Assembly: GCF_009834535.1 (NCBI RefSeq) | Contig: NC_045696.1 | Coordinates: forward strand, 86,926,001-86,990,000 | Length of the DNA: 64,000 nt | From: Camelus ferus | Lineage: Eukaryota | Direction of reading: 5' to 3' | Shown: positions 37,618 to 51,460 of the stretch, in pieces | Position numbering within the stretch: the first letter of the stretch is position 1 | Layout of the letters: every line of letters starts with the position of its first letter | The notes under the pieces: generated by a model | The model's database searches: none | Seen by the model: only the letters and a program-made list of their open reading frames with translations | What the model was told of the DNA's origin: nothing | Position numbers and translations under genes: made by a program

Positions 37618-40600
37618 GATAGGCATCACTCTGTTGGTCTCCTCATGCAGTAACCAATCATCCATCTTCTTTGTAGCTTCCAAAAATGTGACGCTATCAC
37701 ATTTTTTATATTCTTTTTCATGTTTATGTTTTTGCATGAGGGAACATATATATTACTTTTTAATTATGATATTTTTAGATAATTTTTTATTAACTAAATG
37801 TGATGCATCTCTATAAATCAATATAGTATATAGTATTAGCTCTTTGTATTCCCACTGAATTTAACAACAAAAATTGTCTATTAAGGTGGCAAATAAGTTA
37901 GGAAGAATGTTGAAAGGCATTCTGGAAATCTCTTAGATACAGGATCCTAAAGTGAATAAAGTAGAAAATAAGTAGTTATTTAAGCATGTGGCCTGTCATT
38001 AACAGTTTTAGTCTCTGAATGTATTTCCAAAATGCGTAGGGCATTCCATGGACTTGCAATTTGCCACTTTGCACATAGAGCACCTCTCTTTTGCAGAGTG
38101 TTGTCTAGCAATGCAGCATTGATGGCATGATTTGCATTTTAATTTGGTAGTATGTCTATCTCAGTGATAAAGTCAGCACTAACTTGTTCCGTGATACAGC
38201 TTGCTTTTCATGGCTATATGATTCAAGGGTTTGTCTTGCTTTAGTGAAACCCGTCTGGCATGGTGTCTCTAATATACACATCTGCAGAGGCAGCAGGTAA
38301 TTAAGATTATTAATGGTGCTCATTTACACTGAATCTTTTCACCATCTTTCTACTTTCTCCTTGCTAAAGTAGAATGGGCCTTCATGTAAGAATTCTTTAG
38401 AAGAATTTTACAATTTTCCTTTTCACAATTCATTACAACTTCTTAGTACCTCTAGAAAATGTATTTTTCTCTTTTAAATATATTTTAAGGTCACAACAGA
38501 CATTCCTTTTATTTATTCTGAGAACAAGTAATGAATGTTTTCCAAGCAAGCTTCATGTCTTTCATGGTAACATTTTTTAATTGCTCAGTTTATCAGAGAA
38601 TATAGTAAAGGTCTTTCAGGAAGTAATCAGACTGATTTAGGATGAAAAAAAAAAACTATATTGAATGGCGCTTGCTTTCAATTAGCTATTGCTGAACAGT
38701 ATATTTTGAAAGTTTTCCAAGAGATTATTCTGATTCTAAATTGGAAAATACCTTAAGTAGTTGATAGAGCTTGGTTGAACTAGAACCTCAGTAAAATGCA
38801 AACATAACAGGTATGCTTATCTCAATCAACCCAATTCACAATCAATTCTTATACAAGACACAGAATTACTTGTATACCACATATTAGTAAAGTATTTATC
38901 AGATACAAATATGTTGATTGATGAACACTTCTCTAGCATATTAAATTGAAGATCTTAATTAATTATCTTGTAGTTTCTTCAATATCCTTGTTTAATATTT
39001 GTATTCACAGCAAACAATTTTTCCAAAGAGTAGAAACTATATCAAAAGATTCATGCTCCTCATTAAAATATAAGTTTATTTCAAAAAGAACTCTGTAGCA
39101 CAGGCCTGTTACTTCTACAGGACAAAGTGACAGTAATTGCAAATTGGTGAGAACTGGTAAAAAAAAATTTATGATGTTGCAAAATAATGTTAAAATACAA
39201 TATTTCTGTTTTATTTCAAGTCAGCATTCTTACTGGCATTATTTTTTGTGTGTATATCTGTAGATGTACTAATGAAAACCCCGCTTTTCTTTCTGTATAA
39301 GAGTAAAGGACTTAAGATATGCTAAATTATTCTAGATGCCTTATGTGGTATTTTATGCATTGTGATTACATTATGAGATTTATGTTTTATTTGCCAATTT
39401 TTCATATTCATAATTGCTTTTGTTCATTCTGAGATTAAATGAACTATACTCATATATTTTATGTATGTTTATTTTATTTACATACATATTTCTTAGTGTT
39501 AGGACATATAAGAAATTTCTTGTATTTCCATTTATTCTGACAAAAGATGGTATCAGGCAAACTTTAAGGAACTTGTCAGTGAGTCCATAATCAGTAGCGG
39601 CATTTTAGGCTTGTGTAATAACGCCCCATAGACAAGGCATGCCTGCTCACCTATATGAGGGACAAAATAGGAAAGGACGCAGATAGGATATGGCATAGTC
39701 TAGTTGAAAGATCTAAGGACATTGGTTGAAGTGCAGACAACCATGGAGTAACCATAATTGTATATTGTACTGGACAAGGTAAACATGGGACAGACTGTAT
39801 ATGACAGAAAGCCCAATTTATATATGATGATGGGTGTTTATCCATGGTGAAAACAAAAATATAGGGGAAGGAGATGGGATGGAGAATGTTAGAATATGTG
39901 AAGTGAGGTGTGAGAAATGGAATGGAGCAGGACTGGCTCTATATTTAGCTTCTTCTAGAATCAGCTCATTCCATTTTCTCAGTGCTTCCATTTGTAGTAC
40001 AATTACCATTTGTTAACAGACATGTCAATGGGCATTATCTCCTATAACAATACTACCAACTCTTAGGAGGTATGTACTATAACTCACCCCACAGAATTAC
40101 TGTGGTTTATAAATGAAATGAGGAGTCCAAAACCTCTGGTCCAGCCCAGATCTGTCTTATTCTGAGCTAAGATAGAATTAAAACACTGTGATTATTATCC
40201 TTTATTTTTAAGAAGAACAGATCAAATTATGTGTGTGTATTTCCAGTATATCAGCTAAAAGAAATAAAAATGAAATATCTATAAATTTTATAACCATAAT
40301 CCTTCTTTGTTTATAAATTGTGAGCATTTTTAGATATCTAAAATAATTATACTATATTATAAAATATGTATTATAAAATTAATAATAATAATGGAAATCT
40401 CATTGTGTTAAATGAGAAAGCTGTGATCGGATATTCCAATTAACCAAAAATTTATGTAACAAAGAATAAAATAAAAATGGTAAGATAACTTTTTTCTTTG
40501 GATTTGGAATTAGTCCTAATTGGCAGATAGTGGACAATTCCTTCCACTAATGCTCACTTAGCCATATGAGCTGGCTCTACTTGGCAATGAGGCCCTCGAT

Positions 40601-41749
40601 TATTCAGGTTACTGAACATTTCACCATCAAGAAGGCAGGAGCAGTGCAGATAATATCTGTGCATCATGTTGAGCAGGGACCAAAGCAACAAAGAAATACT
40701 CTAAGCTAATTTCTAGCTTTGTGTATTTATACTGGTTCATTATAATCATAAAATATTCAAGTATTTTCCTCAGGAAGGGAGTATTTAAGTTTTACTCGAT
40801 CTAGCAAAACCTGATTGCAGAAGGTAAAATGATTAGCTAAGGACAGAGAGTTAGCCGTTACTTAAATCCATGTTGTTGTTTTTCCTTTTACAAAGAATCA
40901 GGTTATACATCATCTGTCATGAGATGAGAACATGGTGGCAATTTTCATACAGTGAAAAGATTAAGTCTACCTGGAAAAGCAAGGTAGACTACTACTGGTA
41001 AGTTAAACTTTATTCATGCCTTATTTTCCAGGCTCTCATTAATTTTTTAGACTCATGGGAAAAATAGGCGCAATTATTGGCTTTGGACAGACAATGATGA
41101 TCCATGCAAGATAAACATCTGCAGACATGAAGAAGATAAATATTATGTCCAAGGCCAGAAAGACTTATTGACTGAGATATAATTTATGAAAATATCCTTA
41201 TTATCACTGCTTGGCCATATTATTATGGATGTATCTTCAAACTTTGTTTTAAAACATGTGAAATTAACTAACACTAAATTCACTTAAGAAGTTTCCCTTG
41301 GTGGTTAAAAAATACAGTGTAACTTTTGAATGAATTCAGTGCTTTCAAAGGAATTAACTATCAATTTCCAACTGATTATTTAAGAGCATTCCAATCCTAG
41401 CATGGGGAGGTTATTCTCGCCCCTGAGATTTGAAACGCAGGGGTATACGTGTTTCTTTCACTTAGACAGACATAAATCCCAAAGTGACACCAGCATGTTA
41501 TCTTTTACTCTATTTCCCACTGGAGTGATTCAGACTTTTGACTTAAATAGTTGTCTACAGCTGCTGAAAATTGATTTATCCTTGATGATGAGTGAACTTG
41601 CTGACCAAACTGCTAAGGAGAAATATTTTTAGAGTAATAATTCTTAGCAGTGTTCTATTTCTTTGCCTTTGAGTTTCATTAACTTCTTTTTTTTTAATGT
41701 CTTCATGTCCCTCAAATGATTTGTCAGTCATAGGGTACTTATTAGGAAA

Positions 41750-42480
41750 TACATACATATGGAAAAAAATTCAATGAGTAAAAAAGGATATGGATTTAAA
41801 AATAAGTCCCTTACCTTCAATTCCCCCAATGTTACAGTTTCTCTCTTCATAAGAAACCATTATCAATATCTTATTTTATATATTTTTACATTATGTGTGT
41901 ACATGTCTTTTTATTTTCTGTAACACAAATGGTAGCATATTTTCACACTGTTTCACATCTTTCTTTTTCCTATTTTTAGCTATGAAGTAGTTAATTTCAT
42001 AGCAAAATATAAGATATAAAGTGTGGAAGGTAGATAGGTAGACAGATGGATAAATGCGCCTAGTTATATTTAGAAACCAGATAGCATCCACTTTTGACTA
42101 TGTTATTTAAAAACTTATCAATTAAAGGACATATAAATTGCTGCTATAAAATATGTATCAATAAGTAGTGTAATAATTATTTATGCCATATATACATATA
42201 TATATGTGTATGTCACATGTATACAACATACAATCATAAGGTATGCTTATCATATTTAAGTAGATAATACCAGACTACCAAGGAGTTTGAAAAGCTTACA
42301 CTTTCATCAAGAATGAGAATATCTCCTTTCTATAGTAATTCATTTTTAAACACAAGGTAATTCTGAGTAATATTTTTAAAATAAAATGTAAACAATTAAA
42401 ATACAGCATTTTTAAAATTCTGGTAGGTAGACAATAAAAAAAGAAAGAAAAAAAAAAAACATGCCCTACAACAATTTCAC
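41750..42480 (-). mobile_element. Old L1ME-type 3' remnant, antisense
   Basis: aaccattatcaata...acacaaatggtagcatattttcacactgtt...ttttaaaattctggtaggt. Confidence 0.55.
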
Positions 42481-42771
42481 TTTTTTTTCCAAGAAAAAAA
42501 ATATACACCAATGAAGGTTCTGAATTTTTATAAAGTAAAACTGTAAGAACTAAAATACTTTTGATTTAAGGAATAAATAATTGGTTAACTTTTCCAGTTG
42601 CCTATTTACATAGAATTTCATATTTTGCATATATTCAACAATGTGTGGAAAGTGTTTAGCACAGTATCAGGCACCCAGTGTTATCTTTAATGTTCATCAA
42701 TGTATTTTATTTATAAATTTGGAGGACAATAAAAATGTTTATAGAAATTAAGACAGAAGACCATATCATCA

Positions 42772-43610
42772 ATTTTTTAACAGGCTTTGTTTTTTTTTTT
42801 TGAGCAGTTTTAGGTTCACAGCAAAATTGATCAGAAAGTAAGAGAGATTTTATGTCCACTCCCTCCCCCTAGTCACACATGGCTACCCCCATTATCAACT
42901 TCCTCCACCTAGAGTGGTACATTTGTTATAAGTGATGAACCTACACCGATGCATCATTATAGTCCAAAGTTTATAGTTTACATTACAGTTCACTTTCAAC
43001 GTTGGGTATTCTCTGGGTTTGGACAAATGTATAAAATGATGTGCATCTACTATTGTAGAATCATACACACCAGCTTCACTGCTCTAAAAGTTGTCTATCT
43101 GATGCCTATTATGCCTCCCTTGCCCTTTACCCCTATCAATGACTAATCTTTTTACTGTTGCCATAGTTTTGCCTTTTCTAGAATGTCATGTAGTTGGAAT
43201 CATATAGTTCATATTAATTTTTCTCACTCAGTAACATGAATTTAAGTGTCCTACATGTGTTTTCTTGACTTAATAGTTCATTTCTTTTTATCACTGAATA
43301 GTATTCAATTTCTGTATACATATTACAGTTTATCCATTCACCAAAATTAGGAGTTTCTTAGCTTTGTATTTAGGTCTGTGATCCATTTGGAGTTCATTTT
43401 TGTGAAGGGTATAAGGTCTGTGTCTAGATTCATTCTTTCACATGTAAATGTCCAGTTGCTCCAGCACCCTTTTTGAAAGTTAAACTTTGCTCCATTTTAT
43501 AGCACTCACCCCTTTGTCAAAGAACAATTGACTGCATTTATGAGTCTATTCCTGAGCCCTCTAATCTGTTCTATTGATTTGTCTATTTTTTCACTAATAT
43601 GACACTGAAG
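42772..43610 (-). mobile_element. L1MC1-like 3' end, antisense, with an internal deletion near 43345
   Basis: gagcagttttaggttcacagcaaaattga...gagtggtacatttgtt, then a jump to ORF2-type tttaggtctgtgatccatttggagtt. Confidence 0.88.
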
Positions 43611-43899
43611 CTATCATTAAATTTTAAAAAGGTACTTTGATAAACATATCTAAAATTATTACTTTTAATTATATTTAATACACCACATAAGTAAATTAAC
43701 AAAGCGTCACCTGATAAAAACCCTATCTTTTCATGTAGTTACCAGAAGAAACTACTAGACTATCTAAGGATAAGCTAATGTCTCTTGATATTGTAAGGAC
43801 CCTCAATACAAGTAAGTACTTCAAAGGTAACTGAAGTCAGCAGTTAGCCCTCTTGTAGAGGTAAATGCCCCCCTCCCTCTCTTGCCTACCTTATGAATT

Positions 43900-45055
43900 G
43901 TGTAACAGGTTTACCAAGGTATAATTAACACACAATAAACTGCACATATTATAATTTGATAAGCTTTGACAGATGAGTACACCAGTAAAATTATCACCAA
44001 AACTACAATACTGAGAATATCTTTTACCCCTAAAAAGTTTCTTCATGCCCTTTTATACGCATTCCCTTCTCCCTCCTCATCTACTTCCCTCAAGCAGCAA
44101 CTGCTTTGCTCTTTGTCACTATAGTTTGCATTTTCTAGAGTTTTATATGAAAGAGGATGTAATGTGTACTCTCTTGTCTAACTTATCTCACTTGGCTTAA
44201 CATTTTTATTTGTCCATTCTCTTTTGTGTCTCAATAGTTCATTTCTCTTGTTTACTGATTAGTGTTTCATTGTATGACTACACCACAATTTTCCGTATCC
44301 ATTTATTTGTTAATGAATATTTGGACATTTTGCAGTTTGGGGCTATTGCAAATAAAGACGCTATGAACATTCATACACAAATATTAAAGATGTAAACTTT
44401 CTTTTCTCTAGGACAAATACCTATGAGTGGAATGGCTAGATCATAATTAATATATTTACACTTTTGGAAATTGCCATTTTTTTCCTGAAGTGGTTACATG
44501 AGTTAACATTTCTACCACCAAAAGTGTACATGAATTTTGGTTCCTGTACATCTTTTCCAACAGTTGGTATAGTCTATCATGTTAATTTTAGCCATTTTAA
44601 TATGTGTATAGAGATACATAATTGTAGTTTTAGCTTTTATTTTTCTGCTGTTTAATGATATTGAGCATTTACTCATGAGCTTGTTTGTCATCCATATATT
44701 TCTGTGGCAAAGTTCTTATTCAAATATTTTGCCCATTTTTATATGGTTGCTTTCCCCCCTTCCCTTTTATTTAGTTTAATAGTTTTTCATATATTGTAGA
44801 TACAACCCTTATATCAAGTATATGGATTACAAATAATTTTTCACAGTCTGGTTTTTTTGATTATCTTAAAATAATTATTTTCTGAAGAGATGAAATTTAT
44901 ATTTTGATGATGTCCAATGTATCATTTTTTTCTTTCACTGATCATTCTGTTAACATTATATGTGAGATATCTTTGGTTAAACCAAAGCCATAAACATTTT
45001 TTCCCATGTTATCCTCTCGAAGTTTTGTAGTTGTACATTTAGTTCTGTAATCTAT
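43900..45055 (-). mobile_element. L1MB/L1ME-type 3' end, antisense
   Basis: ggtataattaacacacaataaactgcacatatt, cagtttggggctattgcaaataaag and aatgatattgagcattt. Confidence 0.88.
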
Positions 45056-46703
45056 GGGATCTTTCATTACATGTTTCCAGGAATATTTCTGTAATAATAT
45101 TCAAGAAAGCTGTATAATTTTACATAAAATAAAAATTATATCTATTACAGAGATACATAGACTAAAGTGAGAAAAAACACACTTCTAGAGTAAAATTGGC
45201 TAATATTCTTCATCTAACTAAGCTAGATGTCCACATAGTTAATAAAATACAAGTGACTTAGTATGTATTTTAAAGCTCATATTTATTCAGATCTCCTTCC
45301 ATAATCACCTTGAAGTTATAACAGTCTCTCTTTAGCAAGCTTAGTTTATTGGAGACTCATTTTTCTATTATGTTCTCATGTTAAAAATATGAAACTGGAA
45401 AAAACCGAATGAAAATTACATTACTTTAATAATACTAGATTTCTGAGACTTATAGGTAAGAGCTTTAAAAGTGATTAGACATCATATTTATATAATAATA
45501 TAATAACAACATAAAATTTCATAATTTAATATTGGAGAAATATCTAGTGTTATTGGTGTTTTCAAAGAATCTTAAAATTGAAAGGATATTGAAAATACAA
45601 AAAAAAGCAACAATATAAAAGGTACATTCCACACAAACTATACTCATTGAATCCTATAATATTGCACAATACTTAATGTTCAAGTTATAAATTTGTGTGT
45701 TAAATTTTTGTCTTATTTTTATGTATGTATATTTATAATAAATTGCATAGAATATCATGCTCTATTGTATTCCTTTGAAAGATTTTCACTCTGATGATTA
45801 TACAATGACATTATTTTAAAACAGTGACTCTAGACATGTCAACACATTTATAGTATATTCTCAATAAATATTAAATGATATCTATTGCATTTTAAAATTG
45901 AATATTTTTGTGACATGTCATTTTTTTAGAAAATTGATAAATATTTGCTGGTTTATGAAATTAGTCAATTTTACTGTGCCAAGTCTATCATTTCTGCACT
46001 CTCACCCCAGTTCTAGAAGATATAGAAACTTTCTCTACATCAATGACCTCTTAGAAAATAATACAATTTCAAACATTTATACTTTAGCAGTCTAACCAAA
46101 GCTTCCCTGTCCTAAGGAAGTAGGCATTTCAACTAAATACTGAATTCCAAACTATCATACTTTTCCCCAATGAAAGAATGATGAACCCTTGGTGACCAGG
46201 TGAGAAAATAATTTTATACAGAGTAAGGAGTTATTCCATCATAAAACACAGCCAGCTAAATTTGTGTAAGAAGTCATTGTATCTCTGTGATATTTATTTA
46301 ACAATAAGGACCAATATGCAAGACACTACAGTAAGAAAGAAACAGAAATTTAACATCAAGTCTACCTTTCCTTTAAGGTCTTTTCTAAAGAGTTAGAATT
46401 ATTTGCCTTGTTTCATTTTCATTCGAAAGATGAATTTCAATGAATTAAATACACCCACATGACTAATTGCATGGCTCCTTTATTTGGTGTGTTAGCAGCA
46501 TCCCCCTGGTATTGGAAATCCAAAACAAAACAAACAGGAAAAATTTTCATGATGATCCTGCTAACTTACACTTGGAAAGACTGAACAACAATTCACTATT
46601 CAAAACTATTTTAATTAGTTTCAGTGCTAGAGACTGTAATTCCTTAGTGAAACTACATAGGCTGCTTCATTTGCCTTTTAACAGTGAAAAGTATTATAGC
46701 AAC

Positions 46704-46709
<6 letters not shown>

Positions 46710-46752
<43 letters not shown>

Positions 46753-46763
46753 ATATATATATA
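46710..46763. repeat. Compound (CT)n(TA)n microsatellite
   Basis: Directly visible. Confidence 0.95.
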
Positions 46764-47239
46764 TTTTTAAACCAAGGACGCCTGCCAGCTGTAGTCCCAG
46801 TACAATTATTGCTTTCACAAAATGCTTTAAATCTGTCATCAAGAAAATACAGGAACTACTGTATAATAAAGCTGTTAAGAAGGTGACCCAGTTGTTAAAC
46901 CACAACTGGTACTTCTGGCAGAGATATCAAGGCAAACCTGCTGATTAACAGTTTCTTGGTAGCCAACACAATTAGAGAGAACTTTCCTTTTTTCTACTAT
47001 TCAATGGGTGATATTCATAGTTTGAAAATATTTGATAATGTTTTTATCCAAATTACAGAGATGAAAATCAAGGAATATAGCTTTAATAGAAATATGAGCA
47101 ACTTCAAATCCTTTAAATAAACAACAACAACAAAATCTCTGTCTTCCTTTCAATTTTACTATGAACCTAAAACTGCTCTTTAAAAAATGAACTCTCTGTA
47201 AGTAAATAAATCAAAGTTTTAAAAAATAACAAAGAGGAA

Positions 47240-47400
47240 AGGGAATGGTATGTACTGAGTTCCTATCATGTATTCATGCTTTCATTTATACTATTTCAAA
47301 AATATCTCAGATATAACTACAGAGGGTAAATAATACTCTTTTAAAGATGAAGAAATATAAATTTTGACAGTTCATAACAAGTCATGATTTTGACTGCCAA
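47240..47400 (-). mobile_element. MIR remnant
   Basis: tactgagttcctatcatgt...ttttaaagatgaagaaat. Confidence 0.45.
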
Positions 47401-47849
47401 AACTGGATTCACAATAAATTCAGGCTTAATACAAAGTTCTTTCTTTACAAAGTTACATATGAATATGCACATATATAACTGTGAACCTAAACACAGCACT
47501 ACATATAGATAAGAAAAGTAAAGGTTAACTTTTTCATTTTTATATCTGATACGTTATTCCTCACAAATCCCCAACAACCTGAGTGGGGAAAAATAACTTT
47601 AGTTTAAGCTAATTAACCAATTAAATTCAACAGTGTAAAATGGGTTAAGCAAACTTTTTATTGAAACATACATAGATAAAGCATGCACAAATCCTGAAGA
47701 CCCAGCTTGATGAATTTTAAAAAACTGAGTACATCCCTGCAATCATCCAGATTAAGGCTTCAGGTGAGAGCTTTTGCAGCAGTGAGTACGTGTCACAGAT
47801 TATAAATCTGCACAAAAGAAGGACTACTTTGTCAGCCAAGACCAGCTCC

Positions 47850-48583
47850 ATTCAAAAGCAATCCCAGTCAAAATTTCAGCAAGTTATTTCATGGATATCT
47901 TCAACCTGAATCTGAAGTTTATATGCAAAAGACCCAGAATAGTCAACATAAATCTGAAGAACAAAGTTGAAGGATTAATGTTACCTAACTTCAGGACTAA
48001 CTATAAAGCTACAGTAAGACCCTGTGGCATTGGCAAAAGAACAAATACATCAGTGGAAAGATTAGAGAACCCAAAACAGACCCTCCTAAATATAGTCAAC
48101 TGATATTTGACAAAGGATTGAGGCAATGCAATAGAATAAGGATAGTCTTTCAACAAATAGGGCTGGAACTGGACATCCATGTGAGAAAAAAAAAATGAAT
48201 CGAGACAAAGAATTTACACTCTATATGAATTCAAAATGGATCACAGACCTAAATGTAAAATGCAAAACTATAACACTTCTAGAAGATAATCTAGGAGAAA
48301 ACCTAGATGACCTTGGGTATAGTGATGCCTTTTTAGATACAATACTAAAGGCATGATACTTGAAAGCAATTACTGATAAACTGGATTTCATTAAAATTAA
48401 AAATTTCTGCTCTGCAAAAGACAATGTCAAGAGAATGAAAAGATAATCCACAGACTGGGAGAAAATATTTAGAAAGTACACACCCAATAAAAGACTGTCA
48501 TCCAAAATATACAAAAAACATTTAATGCTCAACAATAAGAAAACAATCGGATTTAAATACGGGCCAAATACCTTAACAAACAC
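47850..48583 (+). mobile_element. L1 ORF2 C-terminal fragment (L1MC-like)
   Basis: ORF 47891-48103 (LKFICKRPRIVNINLKNKVEGLMLPNFRTNYKATV) matches the L1 ORF2 C-terminal region. Also aaaatttctgctctgcaaaagac. Confidence 0.9.
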
Positions 48584-49499
48584 TGTATCCCCAGTGTGCC
48601 CCAACAGCTAGCAGAGTCTGTAAATAGTGAATTCCAACACAATTGTTACTATATTTAGTATTTGCATACTTATATTTAGCATTTGCATACAAATGGAAAA
48701 TGAACAAATGTGGCTATATTATTTGTGTTATTTTTACTCATTAATTTAATGATTAGAAATTATGAGTCATATGCTGCTTTATTTTTCCACAGTAGATTGA
48801 TTATTTCCCTTCATGAAAAGAAATATTCAAATATCTTGTACTCTTACCTGGGAATTTTAAGGGATTACCTGCACTCAAGGAGATAAGTAATTTTAATTTG
48901 ACTAGCTTATAAAAATTGATTTTCTTTCTTTTAAAAGGACTAATGAAGGGGACTGGGAATAAATGAAAACAGCAAACCTACTCCTTCTGGTTCCTAGGAA
49001 TAGCACCAAAGGTATAAATAGGCAATGTGTCCTGTGTGGTCCACTACCCCATTTGAAATTAGACAGAATATACTCGTTAAATTGTGAAATGCTGGAAGAC
49101 TGCAGTCAGAAAAGTATTTAAAAGTGTAAACAGGAATTTGAATCACTTTTATAAATTCTACAGAACAAAGAAAAAAATTTTTTGAGTTCAGAATCAGTCT
49201 TGGAGTTACTATGCCTTGCAAAAATCTAGGAGTCAACATAACTATCCACACCATAATAACTAAGTACATAAAGCTGAACAAAAGTCAGAGCAACAAAAGT
49301 TGAACCATTCTACAGAAGTAAGGGAATCTTTCACAGTTTTCTGATTAGCAAAGGACAAAAAGTTTCCTCTTTTAGGAGTTTGAACTAGGAAAACAGAAAG
49401 CTAAACTTTGCCGGTTCTTAAATTGTCACTGAGTAACCTAATACAAGAGAATAATCTCTCTGACAAAGACTGAAAGGAGACAGAAGGGATTAAAATAAG

Positions 49500-49720
49500 A
49501 GGGATAAATTGGGAGTTTGAGATTTGCAGATACTAATATACATAAAATAAATTAACAACAAGTTTACACTGTACAGCACAGGGAACTATATTCAGTATCT
49601 TGTAGTAACCTATGGTGGAAAAGAATATGAAAACAAATATATGTATGTTCCTACATGAATGAAGTATTGTGCTGTACATAAGAAATTGACACAACATTGT
49701 AAACTGACTATACTTCAATA
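49500..49720 (+). mobile_element. Young lineage-specific L1 3'-end copy (same family as 9699-9941)
   Basis: gggataaattgggagtttgagatttgcagatact...acagggaactatattca...cattgtaaactgactatacttcaata. Confidence 0.9.
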
Positions 49721-49738
49721 TACATATATGTATATATG

Positions 49739-49782
<44 letters not shown>
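49721..49782. repeat. (TA)-rich plus (CA)n microsatellite at the L1 tail position
   Basis: Directly visible. Confidence 0.95.
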
Positions 49783-49784
<2 letters not shown>

Positions 49785-50373
49785 GAGTGCTGATAACTGG
49801 GCCATAACTGAAATACAAATGTTGAACAGATTATACATCAAACTGTATGTGAATAATATTCTATAATGCATGCATGTTTGGTCATCTTTACATAAAAATA
49901 TCTGAAGAGAAAATTCTCAAGGTAACATTTCTTTGATTCAATTTATACTAATCTGGTTTTTGAAAATTTAACAAATTAAATAGCAATGATTGCCTGCCAT
50001 CTTTTCACTAATTTTTAAAAACAAAACAAAATGAAAAACTTGGCATTAAGCAATGATACATGTTTGTTTATACAGTATTTTTTTTTTAATTTCAGTACTG
50101 ACAAGGTAAAGCCAAGGGATAAGGAGACAGATTTAGAATTAAAAAGAGAATAAGCAAAAAGAAGAATGATTAACAATTAGATCCACAGATAGACTGAGGA
50201 AGAACTTGTAGTGAAAAATATTGTAAGGGAGTGAGAGAAGAGCTCATATAGTGAGGGTTCATTTTCCTCTCTCTTTCTCAGATGCCAAGAATTCTTTTTT
50301 CAACTCTGTATCTGGGCCCTGCATCTCGAACAACCCAGAGTCTTGCTTCTACAGGAGTTTCATATTCCACTGT

Positions 50374-50779
50374 TGTGATGGGCTGAATTGTGTCTCCCTA
50401 AAATTCCCATGTTGAAGCCCTAACTCCAAGTACCAAAGAATGTGACTGTATTTGGAGAATGTCTTTAAAAATGCAATTAAGTTAAAATGCGGTCATTAGA
50501 GTGGGCCCTAATCCAATCTGACTGGTATCCTTATAAGAAGAGAAAATTTGGACACAAAAGGAAGACACTAGGGGTATATGCACATAGTAAAAAAAGACCA
50601 CGTGAAAACACAGAGAGAAGGCAGCCATCTGCAAGCCACAAAGAGGGTCGTCAAGAGAAACCAAACCTGTTGACACCTTGATCTTGGACTTCTAGTCTCT
50701 AAAATTGTGAGGAAATTTTCTGTGCTGAAGTCATTCAGTCTGTGGTATTCTGTGATAACAGCCTGAGCTGACTAATTCA
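50374..50779 (+). mobile_element. MLT1B-like MaLR solo LTR
   Basis: tgtgatgggctgaattgtgtctccc, gtgggccctaatccaat and acaccttgatcttggacttctag, ending gactaattca. Flanks ACTGT/ACTAT form a 4/5 TSD. Confidence 0.92.
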
Positions 50780-51199
50780 ACTATTAAACCAGGAACAATC
50801 AGCTGAGCATTATTTGGAATGTAATCCCAAATCCTTTAAAATACTGAAACCAGGGAGAAATGAGGTAACAGTTGACAACCTTGTGTTCCCAGAAGCTCAT
50901 TGTTTCATGGAAATAAATAAGAAACTCTCAGCATTCCTCTTTATTTGTAATTGTTTTTAAAATTCAGGTCTTTATAACTTTCTTTCCTTCCCTCCTCAGT
51001 TGCAATAGCTTCCTATTTAATTTAATTTTCTTCTTAAAATGTATCCTTTGAAGCAAGCTTTGATACTGTGTTTTGACAATGGTTAAGTTTTACGTGGCAT
51101 GCATTCTTATTAATTAAAATAATGCATATTTTGCCAAAAAGTCATGAAGGATAAAACAAATTATTTTGAGTGCTTTTTAATTCCTGAGTGTTTTTCTTC

Positions 51200-51460
51200 T
51201 TACGTCTCATTTGAAATCTGCATTTCCCTCAAGGCCCAGCTCACGTCCTGAAGTCTTCCACAGCACTCTGTTCATGCCTCTTCCATAGCTCTGTACTTCA
51301 CAGATGAGGACTTTTTTTTTTTTTTTTTTTTTTGTCTTCCTTCACCAAGGTGAGCTACTCAAGGACAGGGATCACGTCTTTCTAATCTTTGTGTTCCCTG
51401 TTTAGCAAAGTGGCTATAATGCCGTTGGTGGACAACTGGGTATTAGTGAATAAATGGAAG
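51200..51460 (+). mobile_element. L2 3' end
   Basis: tcaaggcccagctca...gtgagctactcaaggacagggatcacgtcttt...atctttgtgttccc...tgaataaatg. Confidence 0.75.

Noticed and set aside
46467..46886. 139-aa ORF
   Set aside because: It has a non-ATG start, spans the (CT)n(TA)n repeat and shows no recognisable protein features.
48221..48604. 127-aa minus-strand ORF (and the similar 31669-31965 ORF)
   Set aside because: These are antisense readings of L1 ORF2 remnants.
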